Of a stretch of 64,000 nt of DNA, positions 62,163-64,000 are shown piece by piece (the first letter of the stretch is position 1; the number at the start of each line of letters is the position of its first letter). Origin of the DNA: Octopus vulgaris (Eukaryota). The notes beneath the pieces are model-generated. The model was not told where the DNA came from, searched no databases, and saw only the letters and a list, made by a program, of their open reading frames with translations. A program made the position numbers and the translations under genes. The stretch is taken from the NCBI GenBank assembly GCA_951406725.2, contig OX597816.1:137454001-137518000 (forward strand). Reading direction: 5' to 3'.

Positions 62163-64000
62163 ATATGTTTCTTTATTAGCCACACAGGGCTGCACACAGA
62201 TAGAACAAATTACAAGGTAGAGCTTTTCTTTTGAAGGTTTAAAAAAAAAAAAAAAAGGAAGGGGGAGTTTCGATCAAAAGGGATCGTAAAAGGAGAGAAA
62301 GAGGACAAAAAAAAGGGGGTTAAAAAAAAGGGGGAGAGGAAAAAAAATTGATCAATAGGGATCGTTATCACAGAAATGTCAATATGAAGTGTAAAGGGGA
62401 GGACAGGTGAGGTTTACCCGTGGAAGAAAAGCCTACGGAAAAGACCACGGTAACCTCGGTCAATGAAGTCACATTTTATATTTCTTTTTTTTTTTTTTTG
62501 CAAATAAGCAACTCTCTGTTTTCGATTTCTGGGTTCATAGGACTATGCTCAAGGTGGCTTCGTCATTCATACGTGCCATTCTTGCTACATTCACCCATCT
62601 TTTTTTAAAACATTCGCTAGACAAAACTTGCCTCTCTACTCTCACTTTCCTTTTCAAGTGGTACTTGAAGAAGTTGATGAGAGATTGACCAGAGAGGAAA
62701 GTGTTTGTCTCCAATCCTTTCAGACGCGTCCACCAGATACATTCTTTCGCCATAGCCACAAGGATGATGAAAATAGCTCTTCTTTCCCGTTTGAAGGAAG
62801 GAGGCGTGACAATATTGACGATAGACTCAGCTGATAAACCGACTCGTCCCACACGTGACAGCAGTTGTTCGACATAAGCCCACAGGTCGGAAATTGTTGG
62901 ACACTGAACGAGTGCGTGCAGAACGGTTTCGTCGCTCTGACCGCATCTCGGGCAGGTCGGCCCCGTGTTTCTCGAGCCGTGTCTGTAGAGCTTATCCCGA
63001 ACGGGTAGCGCTTCTCGGTAGCACTGCCAGGCCAGGGATCTCTGGAAGTTGTCCATGGGCCCTGGCCCGAAAGTCGTCCTGAACAGGCGGGTCAGGTACT
63101 CCTCGTCGACGTCCAGGTTCGCCTCGAGCTCGTCGTCGTACCTCCCCTCCACTAAACCCCTATAGAATGCTTTGGTTGTGTTGAAGTCACTTAAGGTCGA
63201 CCCAGGACGGCAGAGTTGCTTGAGAGCAACGCGACACTCGCGGTGCCATTCGCCCTTCCTCGGCCTCTTTTTGATCCACGACTGCAGTTCGGTCATGGAG
63301 ACGAGCTGCGGGAAAGCGTGCCTCACAAACGGCGACCACACCTGTTCACCGTCGTCTACATAGAGCCAGAGATGTCGCAGTCTCAGCGCGTGTCTGCGCA
63401 TCATCAACCACGGCATGCCCAGCCCTCCTTTTAACGGGTGTTGACAGCAAATGGATCGCTTGACCATCGGGACGCATCCTTTCCACAAGAAGCGAAAGAG
63501 GATGCGTTGTAGTTTGGTGATGGTAGGGTCGGGACAAGGTACGACGGTCAGGCGGTAGTAGATGACGGACGCGATGTACGTGTTCGCCACCTCCGCTCGA
63601 CCTTTTAGGGATAGTTTCCTCTCGGCCCATTGCCGGGCGAGAGTGACCACCCTACTCGTTATCTCGTTCCAGTTCTTCTCCACTTGGAGGTCCGGACCAA
63701 ACCAGACCCCGAGCAACTCAACCGGGCCGTCGGTCCAGCGTCCCACGACGGAGGCGCTGGTGGACGGCATGGGCTTGCTTCTCCAGGTGCCTAGTCGCAA
63801 GCCCACTGACTTTTCCCGGTTGATTTTCGCTCCTGTCACCGCTTCGTAGTTTTTCAGTGTCTCGCCGACCAGCTCGATGTGCTCGTGGCTAGACACTATG
63901 ACGGTGACGTCGTCCGCGTATGCAGACACGCTCGTCCCGCATCCCAATTCTCGCGGGATGCCCCTTAGAGTCGCCAGCTTCCGCAGTAGTGGCTCAAGAG
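62163..64000 (-). mobile_element. Tx1/L1-clade non-LTR retrotransposon, 3' part (continues beyond window)
   Basis: GC-rich intact ORF2 plus 3' UTR ending GCAGCCCTGTGTGGCTAATAAAGAAACATAT. Confidence 0.93.
62535..63998 (-). CDS. ORF2 reverse transcriptase C-terminal half with CCHC zinc knuckle (partial)
   Basis: Frame open to the window edge: LEPLLRKL, YADD, GAKINREKS, LSLKGR, KGGLG, CPRCGQSDETVLHALVQC. Confidence 0.92.
   Translation of the reverse strand, partial: LEPLLRKLATLRGIPRELGCGTSVSAYADDVTVIVSSHEHIELVGETLKNYEAVTGAKINREKSVGLRLGTWRSKPMPSTSASVVGRWTDGPVELLGVWFGPDLQVEKNWNEITSRVVTLARQWAERKLSLKGRAEVANTYIASVIYYRLTVVPCPDPTITKLQRILFRFLWKGCVPMVKRSICCQHPLKGGLGMPWLMMRRHALRLRHLWLYVDDGEQVWSPFVRHAFPQLVSMTELQSWIKKRPRKGEWHRECRVALKQLCRPGSTLSDFNTTKAFYRGLVEGRYDDELEANLDVDEEYLTRLFRTTFGPGPMDNFQRSLAWQCYREALPVRDKLYRHGSRNTGPTCPRCGQSDETVLHALVQCPTISDLWAYVEQLLSRVGRVGLSAESIVNIVTPPSFKRERRAIFIILVAMAKECIWWTRLKGLETNTFLSGQSLINFFKYHLKRKVRVERQVLSSECFKKRWVNVARMARMNDEATLSIVL

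Overview
Eukaryotic, AT-rich, extremely microsatellite-rich DNA ((TA)n, (CA)n, (TACA)n, (TCTA)n, (TAA)n, (GA)n). It is most likely intergenic or intronic sequence of an octopus; this is inferred from the tRNA-derived SINE repertoire and repeat landscape. I recognise no host protein-coding gene, and almost all short ORFs in the track are microsatellite or SINE artefacts. The window is a layered mobile-element graveyard. Non-LTR retrotransposons: R4/Dong-type RLE LINEs in (TAA)n, a young Tx1/L1-clade LINE running off the right edge, and RTE LINEs (one with three C-terminal C2H2 fingers, one internally deleted bipartite copy). DNA elements: Tc1/mariner transposons and MITEs, and a non-autonomous Helitron. 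There are also more than 25 SINE copies from at least 3 modular families, plus Penelope-like (GIY-YIG) remnants. The most notable signal is a set of about 7 minimal type I hammerhead-ribozyme-like motifs (best at 31326-31396, minus strand) in Penelope-like terminal repeats, repeatedly accompanied by inverted duplications or snap-back hairpins. Other highlights are a SINE tail matching the Tx1 LINE 3' end, a SINE>Tc1>RTE triple nest, and a (TAA)n site that has collected a chain of insertions. Family assignments are by eye from motifs; no database search was run.
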